This document shows, piece after piece, positions 20,352-30,912 of a stretch of DNA of 64,000 nt. How positions within the stretch are numbered: position 1 is the first letter of the stretch; each line of letters starts with the position of its first letter. Both the position numbers and the translations under genes were made by a program. The notes below the pieces were generated by a model, which was not told the DNA's origin, made no database searches, and saw only the letters and a list, made by a program, of their open reading frames with translations. Origin of the DNA: Candidatus Moraniibacteriota bacterium (GTDB lineage Bacteria > Patescibacteriota > Minisyncoccia > Moranbacterales > DUUL01); NCBI GenBank assembly GCA_041583775.1, contig JBFHFF010000002.1, forward strand, positions 128,274 through 192,273, read 5' to 3'.

Positions 20352-21011
20352 TTATTGTGCAGTTTTCGCTAACATTTCGAGCTCTCTGTACTTTTTTTTC
20401 GCTTTTTTTATTCTTTTTTTCAGAACATGATTTGCGTGCATAACACAAACAATATTTAACGGCAAAGCGCCAACAATTGGAATTATTTCTAAAAATAACA
20501 ACAAGGCTCTAAGTGTTTTAACTTTCCAGTTCCCATATCCCCAAAGCATTATAAAAAGCAATGGAGAAAAAATAAAGCTAAATATAAAAGCTGCTATTGG
20601 AATTATATCCATAAAATCAAGAAAGAATGCTAGTAAATAAGCTATTTGAATCGCAGAACTATCGCCTTCCATCATTCTTGCTCTTAATTTATTTCCTAAT
20701 CTTATAACTCTAGCTGGGAGCATTGCCTTTGGGCCTGTAGCTGCTTTGTATATTCCTCTTGCGGCCATTAATTTAGTACCTTCTTTTCTTTTTGCTGTTT
20801 GGTTATATTGTCCTGCATTTCCCTCTAATGGTCTATTTGTCTTGTAGTTTTCCAGCCTTGCTTGTTGAAGATTGTTATAATGACCAACCTCTTTTTCTTT
20901 GTCAATCCGTGAAGATTTTACATACTGAAAAGAAGATTCTTTGGGAGAATTTTTTTTAATTCCATTTAATATTTGCCTTACTCTTTTTTCATTTTCCCCA
21001 GACATACCCAA
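20352..21011 (-). CDS. Hypothetical membrane protein in T4SS-like cluster
   Basis: 219 aa with C-terminal hydrophobic segments (LEIIPIVGALP). Confidence 0.7.
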   Translation of the reverse strand: MGMSGENEKRVRQILNGIKKNSPKESSFQYVKSSRIDKEKEVGHYNNLQQARLENYKTNRPLEGNAGQYNQTAKRKEGTKLMAARGIYKAATGPKAMLPARVIRLGNKLRARMMEGDSSAIQIAYLLAFFLDFMDIIPIAAFIFSFIFSPLLFIMLWGYGNWKVKTLRALLLFLEIIPIVGALPLNIVCVMHANHVLKKRIKKAKKKYRELEMLAKTAQ

Positions 21012-21043
21012 TATAATTATAAATTACAAACACCTTTTTAAAA

Positions 21044-22912
21044 TTATGCTTCGTTTTCTTCTTCTTTTTCTTTCTCAAGTTCAATTCGTTGTGCGGGATT
21101 TGTAGTAATTAGTTTATCTTCGTCATATGACGCCACTACTTGGATAGCAGCTCTTTTTAAACCAGCAAAGAAAATTCCCTCCCCAACTCCGCAATCCATT
21201 AAAAGATATTTTTCTCTATCAGTTAGATAAAAGGTGTCAGCAATGACATCAATAGCTGATTGTGATTGTTTCATTAACACTTGGATAGAGGAGTTTGAGA
21301 CAATAGGTTTCCCATATTTAGATGACATAAAATCAGAAATGTCCTGCGTAATAGTAGTTAATCCTCCATAATATTTTCTAATTCTTTTTGCGACCATAAA
21401 TAAAAATCTTGCAGCTTCTTCATGCTCCATCATTCTCCAAGCCTCATCAACAACAATTAATCTTTTTTTAACATTAATTCTAACTTCTTTCCAAATATAG
21501 TTTAAAATCATATACATCGCCATTGGACGCAATTCATCTTCTAGGTCTCTAATATTAAAAACTACCAATTGATTATCGAGAGAAATATTTGTTCTGTTAT
21601 TCAAAAAACCTGAAAAAATTCCTTTTGTATATTTCTCTAATCTAATAGTAATATCCTCCACACCTTTCATATTTGACAACACTTCATATAAATCAAGCAG
21701 TACTGGCATAGCTCTATCTTTCAAATCGTCCAATGGAGTGTCTTCTGTTATATCTCTAACTGCATATGTTTCTCTAATTGCTTGTTCTAGAATTGATTCT
21801 TCTTCTGGCGTTAAAGTCCCTAACATCAATTTTAAAAGCCCTAACATTGATGATATTGTGCTTCTTATAATATCTTCTACTTCAACACCCTCCTCTATTG
21901 ATAAATCAAAGGGGTTAATGTGATTTTTTGTGTTTAAAGAAATTCTCAAATAAGAGCCTCCTACTGTTTCTGCTAGATATTTATATTCATCTTCTGGATC
22001 AATAATAATAGCACTTGCGCCCATCATTAAAGATCTTAAAATTTCCAATTTAACAGTATAACTTTTTCCAGCACCTGATTTAGCAAAGACCACCATATTC
22101 GCATTTTCCATAGAAAAACGATCGAATAATATAAGGGAATTGTTGTGCCTGTTAATTCCGTATAAAATTCCTTGGTTAGAGGTTACATCCGCAGAAACAA
22201 AAGGGAAGGTTGTTGAAAGTGGTGATGTGTTTAGTGCATTACCATTAATCAATCTGTCAATTCCAAGAGGAATTGTAGAAACAAAACCTTCTTTCATTCT
22301 AAAAATAGATCTTTTTGTATATACTGACCGAGCATTCAGCAGAGATTCTAACATAATTGTGTTTTTGTCTAGAGCATCCTTGGTCTCTCCAAATACATTA
22401 AAATAAAGCCCGAACTTAAAAAAACGCTCTGCACCTTCCTGGAGTTGATCTCTTAAGGTTTCAACATTACTGTATGCCATTTCTAAAATTGGATCTCTTG
22501 TTAAACCCTTTTCTGATTCAATATTCATCTCTGATTGAATTTGTGTGACTTTTTTTCTTAGTTTTTTTAAAATAGTTCCAGTATCAACAGGATAAATAAA
22601 CATTGATATATCCAGTGGAAGATCAATTCCAATTATTGGATTCATCCAGCCCATTGCAAGTGCTCTTGGATATGCAGCAACAAAAAGAGTTCTGCAAAAA
22701 GTATCTCCTATCTGCAAATTTGAACTAGAGACTCCAAAAGCAGATGGTGAAATTAAATCTATAACCCTAGCCAATCCCTCTTGATAAAGCCTTTCTTTAT
22801 TTAATAAATCAGAAGAAGCTTCTTCGTGAATTTCTGGTTGCTTCAAAGTAGTGGTCTTCCCAGAAATTGTTTTATTTTCTTTTATTCTTCCGAATTTAGG
22901 TAGTTCTATCAT
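21044..22912 (-). CDS. virB4: VirB4-like conjugative/T4SS ATPase
   Basis: LYGINRHNNSLILFDRF, Walker A AKSGAGKS, IIDPEDEY, Walker B IVVDEAW, RKYYGGLTTITQD, GEGIFFAG. Confidence 0.9.
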   Translation of the reverse strand: MIELPKFGRIKENKTISGKTTTLKQPEIHEEASSDLLNKERLYQEGLARVIDLISPSAFGVSSSNLQIGDTFCRTLFVAAYPRALAMGWMNPIIGIDLPLDISMFIYPVDTGTILKKLRKKVTQIQSEMNIESEKGLTRDPILEMAYSNVETLRDQLQEGAERFFKFGLYFNVFGETKDALDKNTIMLESLLNARSVYTKRSIFRMKEGFVSTIPLGIDRLINGNALNTSPLSTTFPFVSADVTSNQGILYGINRHNNSLILFDRFSMENANMVVFAKSGAGKSYTVKLEILRSLMMGASAIIIDPEDEYKYLAETVGGSYLRISLNTKNHINPFDLSIEEGVEVEDIIRSTISSMLGLLKLMLGTLTPEEESILEQAIRETYAVRDITEDTPLDDLKDRAMPVLLDLYEVLSNMKGVEDITIRLEKYTKGIFSGFLNNRTNISLDNQLVVFNIRDLEDELRPMAMYMILNYIWKEVRINVKKRLIVVDEAWRMMEHEEAARFLFMVAKRIRKYYGGLTTITQDISDFMSSKYGKPIVSNSSIQVLMKQSQSAIDVIADTFYLTDREKYLLMDCGVGEGIFFAGLKRAAIQVVASYDEDKLITTNPAQRIELEKEKEEENEA

Positions 22913-22921
22913 ATTTTTAAA

Positions 22922-23608
22922 TTATTCTCTTTCAAGGTTTAAATCTTCTAGTGTTGGTATTGCTACATGTTCAAACTCTGAAGGGTTATAGCAGTTATAA
23001 TACATTTCTATCAACTCTTGTGTGTTTAATGGCACAATTCTAATCCCACTACCGGAGAGTGATTCTTTAACTTCTTCAACTCTTTGAAAAAGTTGATTTT
23101 TATATGTTTCAAATTGCTCTCTTTCTTGATAAATATTTTTTCGAGGTGTTAGTTTTGCCAACATTTTATCAAGAAATCCTGTTTTTTTAGATTCTACAGC
23201 GTAAAAAGGAACTACTATATAGAACAATTTTGACATAATGTTAGAAACATTAACTAATTCTCCAATAAAGTTTAGATAATCTTCTATCTGATTTCTAAGC
23301 AAAGCATTTCTTTCTGTGTCTTTTTTTCTTTCAAGCATCTCTAAATATGGTTTGATATCAAATTTTCTAGTAGAAATAACTATTTGTATTGGAAAATCTA
23401 ATGAATTTAAAAACCTTTGGTATGCAAAAATAATAGCCTCCTGTTCTGTGCTAGATTTTAAATCAAAATTTATTGAAGAAACAGCTAAAACCGCTCTTAA
23501 GGAGCCATCTTTAACAACAACTGTCCCGTCTTTAATTTCGGAAACATTTAATTCTTCTTGCATACTAGAACCCACCATTCCTGCCATAAAACTAAAATTA
23601 ATAATCAA
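22922..23608 (-). CDS. TraC/VirB4-N-terminal-like accessory protein
   Basis: VSSINFDLKSSTEQEAII..YQRFLNSLDFPIQI, FYIVVP, LNTQELIEMYY; lies between prgI and virB4. Confidence 0.7.
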   Translation of the reverse strand: MIINFSFMAGMVGSSMQEELNVSEIKDGTVVVKDGSLRAVLAVSSINFDLKSSTEQEAIIFAYQRFLNSLDFPIQIVISTRKFDIKPYLEMLERKKDTERNALLRNQIEDYLNFIGELVNVSNIMSKLFYIVVPFYAVESKKTGFLDKMLAKLTPRKNIYQEREQFETYKNQLFQRVEEVKESLSGSGIRIVPLNTQELIEMYYNCYNPSEFEHVAIPTLEDLNLERE

Positions 23609-24018
23609 ATTTTACTATTCTTGTCTAATAAATCAGCTAAGTTACTTGAGTTTTTCAATTCCTTTTCTTTAACAAATCTATTAATTGAAGCTTTTTCATC
23701 CTCCTTTATTCTCTTTACTGGCTCTCTCGTTTCATTTCTTATATTTCTATGCCAAGTTAAAACCTTCGGTTTAAATAAATAAGAAATCCCATTTAAAACA
23801 AATTGGAGAAAGGTCATTCCCGCTGGTTTATAAAAAGCAAAAGCCAAGGACAAAAGTACAACTGGTGCACCTATTAGCACTAAAGCCGCTATTGAATCTG
23901 TTTGCCACAAAAAAAACAGTCCTGTGGCTCCTAGGGCCAACCAACCCAATTGTTTTATTGTTAGTTGAAAAGCTAACTTGTCTTCAACTTCGATATATTG
24001 TGGAACATTGAAATTCAT
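23605..24018 (-). CDS. prgI: PrgI family (VirB3-like) membrane protein
   Basis: FNVPQYIEVEDKL...LTIKQ, two TM helices, YLFKPKVLTW. Confidence 0.85.
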   Translation of the reverse strand: MNFNVPQYIEVEDKLAFQLTIKQLGWLALGATGLFFLWQTDSIAALVLIGAPVVLLSLAFAFYKPAGMTFLQFVLNGISYLFKPKVLTWHRNIRNETREPVKRIKEDEKASINRFVKEKELKNSSNLADLLDKNSKI

Positions 24019-24030
24019 ATTTGCTTTTTA

Positions 24031-25020
24031 TTAAACATCCTTCAAGTTTATAAGGTGTTTTGATTGTATTTCACCCTCCTCTTCAGTGGTTTTTTGTTTT
24101 TCACTTTCCGTCTCTTTTAGTTTCCCCATCTCTTCTGTTTTTTCATCATAAACTTTCTTCTCTTGATCTTCTGTTGATGGAATTTCTTTTTCTTGCACTT
24201 CCCTAATTTCTCTCTCTATAAACTCTTCCGTTTCTTGTTGCTTTTTATTTTCCAAAGATTCTTTTAATTTCTCTGAAATTTCACCCGCTGTGTTATTGAA
24301 TAAAATTATTTTTCTATTGGCATCAATTTCAAGGTCACTATTCTCATCATAAGACTCCAAAATCATTAAAAGAGCTTTTTTTTCTAAAAAGGTTAGGTTG
24401 CTTACATTTTTTGAGTTAAAAATATAATCACTTCTCTCTAGATTGTTGTGTGCTTGAGAGCCTTTTTGTATAGTGTAATCATCTAGCCAATTCTCTATTG
24501 ATTGCTTTCTTGGTTCTATTTCTTCTGAAATTTTTATCTTGCTCTCCCCTAATAATTGCTTCCCTATTTCTGGAAATTTTTTTAGTGCTGAAATTAAAGG
24601 CATTCTTTCTATTTCAATATCCAAACCACTGTTTTCTATGTCGCTGATTTTTTTCCGAAGACTAAAAAGTTCAACAATGAGCTTTTCTGCTTCATTTTCA
24701 TCAATTCTTATTCTCTCGACAATTCTTTTTTTAATCTTTTCCTCATTAAAGACTCCTTCAACAAAAGAATCTCTAATAATTCTAGAAATTTCACCAACTT
24801 CAGAAATTTTATAAATATTAAACTTCTTTGCAATTCTGATAATATTCTCTTCTGTTTTTTCAACAACAAGTCCTAATCTAATTTGATAAGGCAATTTATT
24901 ATAAATTTCCAACCAACCTAAATCATCATTTTGTGTATCATCTTTTGGATCCCAATGAACACTAGCACTCATTGGACAAGCCTGCTTCCTTATTAATCTT
25001 TCGTTTTCTATTTCTTGCAT
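24031..25020 (-). CDS. Hypothetical cytoplasmic protein
   Basis: 329-aa ORF in the operon; charged, with acidic C-terminal tail. Confidence 0.7.
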   Translation of the reverse strand: MQEIENERLIRKQACPMSASVHWDPKDDTQNDDLGWLEIYNKLPYQIRLGLVVEKTEENIIRIAKKFNIYKISEVGEISRIIRDSFVEGVFNEEKIKKRIVERIRIDENEAEKLIVELFSLRKKISDIENSGLDIEIERMPLISALKKFPEIGKQLLGESKIKISEEIEPRKQSIENWLDDYTIQKGSQAHNNLERSDYIFNSKNVSNLTFLEKKALLMILESYDENSDLEIDANRKIILFNNTAGEISEKLKESLENKKQQETEEFIEREIREVQEKEIPSTEDQEKKVYDEKTEEMGKLKETESEKQKTTEEEGEIQSKHLINLKDV

Positions 25021-25034
25021 TTTTATTTTTTATT

Positions 25035-27065
25035 TTATTCATTCATTCCTTTCATTGCTTTTCTTGCCTCATTATCTCCCAAATCTTCTTTGGTTATACC
25101 TGAAATAATTTCTTTTAATGCTTCTTGTTTCAACCCATCTGTTTTTTCAGCTGCATGCTTTCGAAGTTGTTCTTGACTAAATCTATCATCACCACTTGCT
25201 TGTTTTTCTTTTATATAAGTTTTAACATTATCATTTTTTAAGAAATCTACAGATTGATCGGTTATATCACTCAATTTCATTTTCCCTAAATTATCACTAT
25301 ATGTTTTTTCAATATATTCCTTTCTTGCTTTTTCTCTAAATCTATCCTCAGATTCTTTACTCATTGAAACTCCACCCAGTTTGGTATTTTCGTCTATAAC
25401 TTTTTTATCCAGTTCTTTGCTCATATTTCTGCTAATTTCATGTTCAATCATTTCTCCTCTATTTTTCTTTCTGGCGAGCTTTTCAAATTTATCCAAAGCC
25501 TCTGGGCTGTTTTTAAACAACTCATAAGCTCTAGCATAGCTATCGTCATCCTTTGTCATGCCTAATTTCCCATCTTCTGCTAACTTCATTGCTGCTGCTT
25601 TTTTTCTAGCAATTAATTGTGCTGTGGTGTTTGAACCCTTCCCACCAGCTAAATTTGCAAGAGAGTTTAAGGTGGTTGGATTTGCTTTTAACATTTTCTT
25701 TAAAGCATCTTCATTAGGAATACCATTTTCATCCCAGTTTTTTGTTTGTTCTTGTTGTAATTTCTGTTGGTGAGCAAGTTTAGCAGACTTACTTCCAATT
25801 TGGGCTCTCTTGGAAAGCATTCTGGCTTCGTTGTTTTCTTTGTACCAAGTTTTTGTGTTATCAACAGCAGCTTTACCATATCCCAAACCATATCCCAAAG
25901 TTCCTGCATAGACAGCTCCTTTAGCTAATTTACCTGCCTTTCCCAATCCCCAAGCAGCACCATCACCTGCTTGACTTGCGATTTTTTTAGAAAGATCAAA
26001 ACCATAAAATAACATATAAATACAAGCACTGAATGGGACTAATATTCTAAGAGCGCCTATGACTAAGTTTTCTGATTGAGTTCCTGCCATCTGAACTCCA
26101 CCCCCACTAGCTGTAACATTAATACTAACAGCACTAACCAAAACAAGTGCTAGCCAAAGAAAAAATAACATTACCGGACCAAAAGCACACCAATATGTCA
26201 ATTTACTGAACCAGGTGGTTTTTATACTTCCAATGGCCGTTCCTGGGAGTGCTAATGCAAAAAAAGCTAAAGGGGAAAGGATTATTAAAACCCAAAGAGC
26301 TATAAGTCTAAGAATAAGAGACATTCCAAGAGCTAATAGCATAATTCCCATAATAAATTTAAAAATTGCCTCAATTATCATGCTAATATATAGTGCTACA
26401 TTGGAGCCACCTGTTTCACTTTTAAAAGAGGCTCCCATTCCCACTGAATTTAGAAGCGCGGCTGAATAACTAGCTGATCCTTCTTTTATATTGCTTAGAA
26501 AAAATGACATTGCTAAGTTTGAAATATCAATAAAAAAAAGTGTAATTGGTTTTGAAAAATTGACAAACAAAGCAGCTGAAACAACATAGATAATAAATTT
26601 TTTGTCTGAATATTTATTAATTCTCAAAATGGTAGCGATTGCTACAAAAATCAAAATTAAGATGAAAAATATATTCACAAAATCCCTCACTAATCCCCAG
26701 CCAGTGTTAATTGCTGTGAGCGCATTGCCAGAGAAAAAAACTTCTTCATATAACTGATCTGTCATTGTCATATCAACAACACTCATCCCCACACCCAAGA
26801 TGAAACCACTAAATGCTTGCAATAATTGCAAGCATCCCACAATCATATTGTCCATTATTTTAGAGGGCGTAGGAAGACCAAGAAAACCGCCATTTTTCCC
26901 GTCTATTTCTCCAGCATCTGCCAAATCTGCGGCCCCTGTATCACCAATCATTCGCCAGCCCTCTGCTGCATTTGTTTGATTTATATTTATAATAAAAAAG
27001 GAAAAAATTATTACTATTGGCAATATCGCTTTGAGCCATTTTTTTTTGTTTTTGAAAGATATCAT
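25035..27065 (-). CDS. VirB6/TrbL-like polytopic membrane protein
   Basis: GWGLVRDFVNIFF, ALFVNFS, RLIALWVLIILSPLAF, Gly/Ala-rich segment, long soluble C-terminal tail. Confidence 0.75.
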   Translation of the reverse strand: MISFKNKKKWLKAILPIVIIFSFFIININQTNAAEGWRMIGDTGAADLADAGEIDGKNGGFLGLPTPSKIMDNMIVGCLQLLQAFSGFILGVGMSVVDMTMTDQLYEEVFFSGNALTAINTGWGLVRDFVNIFFILILIFVAIATILRINKYSDKKFIIYVVSAALFVNFSKPITLFFIDISNLAMSFFLSNIKEGSASYSAALLNSVGMGASFKSETGGSNVALYISMIIEAIFKFIMGIMLLALGMSLILRLIALWVLIILSPLAFFALALPGTAIGSIKTTWFSKLTYWCAFGPVMLFFLWLALVLVSAVSINVTASGGGVQMAGTQSENLVIGALRILVPFSACIYMLFYGFDLSKKIASQAGDGAAWGLGKAGKLAKGAVYAGTLGYGLGYGKAAVDNTKTWYKENNEARMLSKRAQIGSKSAKLAHQQKLQQEQTKNWDENGIPNEDALKKMLKANPTTLNSLANLAGGKGSNTTAQLIARKKAAAMKLAEDGKLGMTKDDDSYARAYELFKNSPEALDKFEKLARKKNRGEMIEHEISRNMSKELDKKVIDENTKLGGVSMSKESEDRFREKARKEYIEKTYSDNLGKMKLSDITDQSVDFLKNDNVKTYIKEKQASGDDRFSQEQLRKHAAEKTDGLKQEALKEIISGITKEDLGDNEARKAMKGMNE

Positions 27066-27076
27066 TTTTTTGCTGT

Positions 27077-27988
27077 TTAAATTGTAAGACCTTTTTTAAT
27101 TCTATCTTGAAGAACATTTATACCGTCTGTTCCAATAGTTCTTTCTATTCTTCGAACTTCATTATTGATTGGTTTTGCCACAACATTGATTCCACTTTTA
27201 ACAAAAGATGTGACCGAAGAAACCACAAAACTTGCAATGACTTCTTCCAATGAACCAGCATTATTAATCATCTCAATTGGCATTGTTTCAGCAGCAGCGA
27301 CAATTTCTTGGGAAATTTTTCCTGGGATAACTTTATTTCCTTCCGTGATAGTGTTAAACCCACCACCCGCAATGGCTTCTGCTTCTTGGGCTTGAGCTTT
27401 TTGCATTGCCTCATTATCTATAACTTCCATGGCATTAACATAAGCATTTGTTGAGTTATTATAGTCCCCAAATTGATAAGAAAGAAAAGCTCCTACGCCT
27501 CCTCCCCTTGTTTGATCAAAAACATCACCAATTGGATCATCTGAATCAACTAATTCATGTAATGTTGCTTCTGGTTGCCCAGGAGAAAGTTGACTACTAA
27601 TTGTTTGTTCAACATTTCTTAACATATCCCTTTCTGAAGTAGAAACACCTTCTTGTATAACTGAAAAGAAATCTTCTAATTTGTTCTCAGCAGCTACTTG
27701 TGCTGCTCCAAAAATAAAATCTTCATAACTAGAAATAACCATAGATTCTCCAGATGAACCTGAGACAGCCTTTTCAATACTTTCTTTAATCATATTATTC
27801 GCCTCTTTTTTAAGAGTCTGAAGAACTGTCTTTCTGGTAATCTCAAAAACCTGTTGCATTGCTTGTTGCATAAGACCAGATGCAATATTTGTTCCCCACA
27901 TTTCAGCACAAACTGTTGTTGGCATGATTGTAACAAAAAGAAAGGCCGCTATAGTTATCGTTGCTGTTATTTTTTTTATTTTTATCAT
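27077..27988 (-). CDS. Secreted helical protein in T4SS-like cluster (possibly VirB5-like)
   Basis: Signal peptide; EAIAGGGF...IPGKI motif; immediately upstream of the VirB6-like gene. Confidence 0.6.
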   Translation of the reverse strand: MIKIKKITATITIAAFLFVTIMPTTVCAEMWGTNIASGLMQQAMQQVFEITRKTVLQTLKKEANNMIKESIEKAVSGSSGESMVISSYEDFIFGAAQVAAENKLEDFFSVIQEGVSTSERDMLRNVEQTISSQLSPGQPEATLHELVDSDDPIGDVFDQTRGGGVGAFLSYQFGDYNNSTNAYVNAMEVIDNEAMQKAQAQEAEAIAGGGFNTITEGNKVIPGKISQEIVAAAETMPIEMINNAGSLEEVIASFVVSSVTSFVKSGINVVAKPINNEVRRIERTIGTDGINVLQDRIKKGLTI

Positions 27989-28046
27989 TTTTGCTCCGTA
28001 TAAATATTATACCTTATATCTGAAATTTTTAATTTAAAATTGATTC

Positions 28047-29177
28047 TTATAAACCATACATTGAAGATGTGTTCATTAGTTGATCCACATCAACAGAGTT
28101 TGTTATTTCTGAAATATCAAAAGAATCAATGTCAAATTGATCTAAAATTTCTGTTGTATCAGAACTTAAGACATCCATTTCAGACATAACTGCTTGCACT
28201 TTTCCAAGCATAGATACTAGTGCAACAGGATCATCTTTATCCGTTGCCAATGTTTCATCCTGACCAAGCATATATTTTTGCAAGGATAATCCCATTTTAT
28301 GGACATCTTTTAATACATATGGTACTTCCAGTGCTTTGATTTTTTCATACATAGTTTCTGATTTTCCTTTAAGATCAGTAACTTTTGAAGAGTCACCTTC
28401 TTCAATATCAATACCTATCCCGCCTATTAAACTAGTTGCCATTCCAATTATATTATCACTGTCTTGAAACAGATATGGAGCTTCTTCAAACATTATATAT
28501 CCCACTGCAACAAAATATTCTTCAACAGCAGCTTTTTCTTCTTCAAGGGTTTGATCATTTTTTTCAGTCACCTCCTCTTGAATATTCAACTCTTCATCTG
28601 AAATTATTTCCAACTCTTCATCTAAATTAACTTCTTGAATTGTTTTTTCAACGATGGCTTGCACCTCCTCCTCTGTTAAGGAATATTTTGTGGCATCTTC
28701 TGATGCTGCCACTGTTTTTAAAATTTCATCATCAATAGATGCTTGGTTGAGTAATTTTAATTCTTCTTCTTTATCTTCTTTTATGTTTTTCAAAAAAACT
28801 TCTGTTGCATTTATTTTTTGTGTATCAATTTTATCAAGAGGGTTATTGGTGATTTCTCCTTCTGTTTTTTTAGTAGTCGTGTTTATGTTTGACCCATCTA
28901 TTGAATTTATTTGTGTCTCTATTTTTTTTACCAACGGATCAAACCCTCCTTCAACCTCAACTCCATCAGAATATCCATCCTCATCTGTGTCTGCTTTGTT
29001 AGGGTCTGTTCCTAAGGCTAACTCCTCTTGATTTGTTAAGCCATCACCATCTAAATCCTCAAAATAGTTGGGTTCGTTTTCATCAGCTGATGAAAATTGA
29101 ATCCAAGCAAAAGCGAGGATAGCAAAAAACATAGCCCCTTTTTTAATTGGTGATTTAAAATTGTTATTTTTATTCAT
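28047..29177 (-). CDS. Secreted acidic protein with TSP3-like Ca-binding repeats
   Basis: Signal/anchor helix; DLDGDGLTNQEELALGTDPNKADTDEDGYSDGVEVEGGFDPL. Confidence 0.8.
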   Translation of the reverse strand: MNKNNNFKSPIKKGAMFFAILAFAWIQFSSADENEPNYFEDLDGDGLTNQEELALGTDPNKADTDEDGYSDGVEVEGGFDPLVKKIETQINSIDGSNINTTTKKTEGEITNNPLDKIDTQKINATEVFLKNIKEDKEEELKLLNQASIDDEILKTVAASEDATKYSLTEEEVQAIVEKTIQEVNLDEELEIISDEELNIQEEVTEKNDQTLEEEKAAVEEYFVAVGYIMFEEAPYLFQDSDNIIGMATSLIGGIGIDIEEGDSSKVTDLKGKSETMYEKIKALEVPYVLKDVHKMGLSLQKYMLGQDETLATDKDDPVALVSMLGKVQAVMSEMDVLSSDTTEILDQFDIDSFDISEITNSVDVDQLMNTSSMYGL

Positions 29178-29280
29178 TTATTTTTATTTTTGATGATTGA
29201 TAAAAAATTCTACACCAAAACATATTTATATTTCTTTTAAACTTGTTTTGATTATAACACATTTTTGTTTTATGCAAAAT

Positions 29281-30912
29281 TTAAAAAAATATTATTGATA
29301 AAAGAAGTATCCCATAAATAAAAATAATTGATAAAACCCACCAATTTAGGTTTTTTATTTTTATTTTTTTGTTATTTAAAATCCAATAATTAATCGCTCC
29401 AAAAAATATTGCAACAGGCCAAAGGTTTTTTTCATTTAAAACTATTATTGACATTAAATAGCTAATAAAAATTGTCGCTCCAAAGAAAAACCGTGCATTT
29501 TCCTCACCTAAAAGGGTTGGTATTGTTGTAACACTATTCTTTTTATCTCCTTCAATATCCTTAAGATCTTTCATTGGGATTAAAAGTGTATAAACAACAA
29601 ATAGAAATAAAGCTATCTTCCATGGGAAATTTTCCAAGGATTGCCCATTTGAAATTACAATAAAACCCATAAATAAAAACAAAAGTGATGCTGCAGAGGA
29701 AACAATGCTTGAAATAATTACAAACCTCTTTAATCTCATTGGTTTACAAGAATAGATCCAGGTTATTAATAAATAGACACACATTATTAAAAAAAACTTG
29801 GGTCCAACAATAATCGATGTTAAAAGAGACATTCCCATTGGAATAAGTGCTATATCTAAATATTCATTTTCTGAAAAAATTTTCTTAATTAGCGGTCTTT
29901 CTTTGTTTGTAATTTCATCTATTTTTTTATCCTCAATATCATTTATAAAAACAGAATAAAACCAGGCACAAAAAATTGAAATTAATAAATTAATCACCAC
30001 TAAAAAACTAAAAATATCAAAAGATATATTTTTTTTAAAATAAAAATAACCCATCATTAGCCCAATAACAAACAAACCGCTATTAAAAAACATTTGTGGA
30101 TATCTAACATTCTTCAATAGTGCAAAAAATTTCTCTTTACTTAAAATAAATTGTAAAAAAATTAAATTTATAAACAACACAACAGTATAAAAAAGTGATG
30201 CTCTAAAGTGAAGCGCTATCTTCATTGGTTTTTTATCAAAATCAAAAATTTCCATTGATGTTAAAAAGGTTGTTGCAACATCACTGCTTTTAATTTTTAA
30301 AATATTTTCTCCTGATAAACCTTCTATTAAAAATGTTAATAAACTGGGGAAAACAGCAAAAATATACAATATTGTGTATATAATTAAAGTTACAAAAACT
30401 CCTTTCATCCAACTTCTTTTTTTAATTCCTACATAAAATCCAAGCCCCACCATTGCTAAAAAAATTCCCGTCCTAGTTCCATATGTAATACCAAAAGAAG
30501 GATTATTACCAAAAAAAAGAAAAAATCTTTCCAAAACACCTAATGCGCTATCAAAAATATAAAAACTCCAAAAATCTTTTTCTCTAAAAATTAACTTATC
30601 GATAATTGGTGGCAACACCATCACCCACTGTCCCCATAATAAAAAAGTTGCTAATTTTGATATTTTTTCTTTAGTAAAAATAACCAAAAAAGTTAAAGTT
30701 GCAACATACACCATTAAAAAAAATAAAAAAGTTCCGTGCAATAAAGAACCTGTTAAAAAAGAAAAATTATATGTTTGTAAACCAAACAACATACTTTCAA
30801 TGAGATATCTAATTCCCACAATTGTCACAAAAGAAATTAAAATAGTTTTTATTGAAACAGGTCCCTCTTCTAAAAATGCAACACCTTTTTCAAATATTTT
30901 TATAATTTTCAT
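29281..30912 (-). CDS. UbiA-family prenyltransferase fused to an N-terminal polytopic domain
   Basis: NDIEDKKIDEITNKERPL, YSCKPMRLKR and KDLKDIEGDKKNSVTTIP in the C-terminal half; ~260-aa extra N-terminal membrane domain. Confidence 0.85.
   Translation of the reverse strand: MKIIKIFEKGVAFLEEGPVSIKTILISFVTIVGIRYLIESMLFGLQTYNFSFLTGSLLHGTFLFFLMVYVATLTFLVIFTKEKISKLATFLLWGQWVMVLPPIIDKLIFREKDFWSFYIFDSALGVLERFFLFFGNNPSFGITYGTRTGIFLAMVGLGFYVGIKKRSWMKGVFVTLIIYTILYIFAVFPSLLTFLIEGLSGENILKIKSSDVATTFLTSMEIFDFDKKPMKIALHFRASLFYTVVLFINLIFLQFILSKEKFFALLKNVRYPQMFFNSGLFVIGLMMGYFYFKKNISFDIFSFLVVINLLISIFCAWFYSVFINDIEDKKIDEITNKERPLIKKIFSENEYLDIALIPMGMSLLTSIIVGPKFFLIMCVYLLITWIYSCKPMRLKRFVIISSIVSSAASLLFLFMGFIVISNGQSLENFPWKIALFLFVVYTLLIPMKDLKDIEGDKKNSVTTIPTLLGEENARFFFGATIFISYLMSIIVLNEKNLWPVAIFFGAINYWILNNKKIKIKNLNWWVLSIIFIYGILLLSIIFF

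Noticed and set aside
15162-29177. Integrative conjugative element
   Set aside because: No integrase, relaxase, coupling protein or att direct repeats; contiguous with core dnaA-dnaN genes
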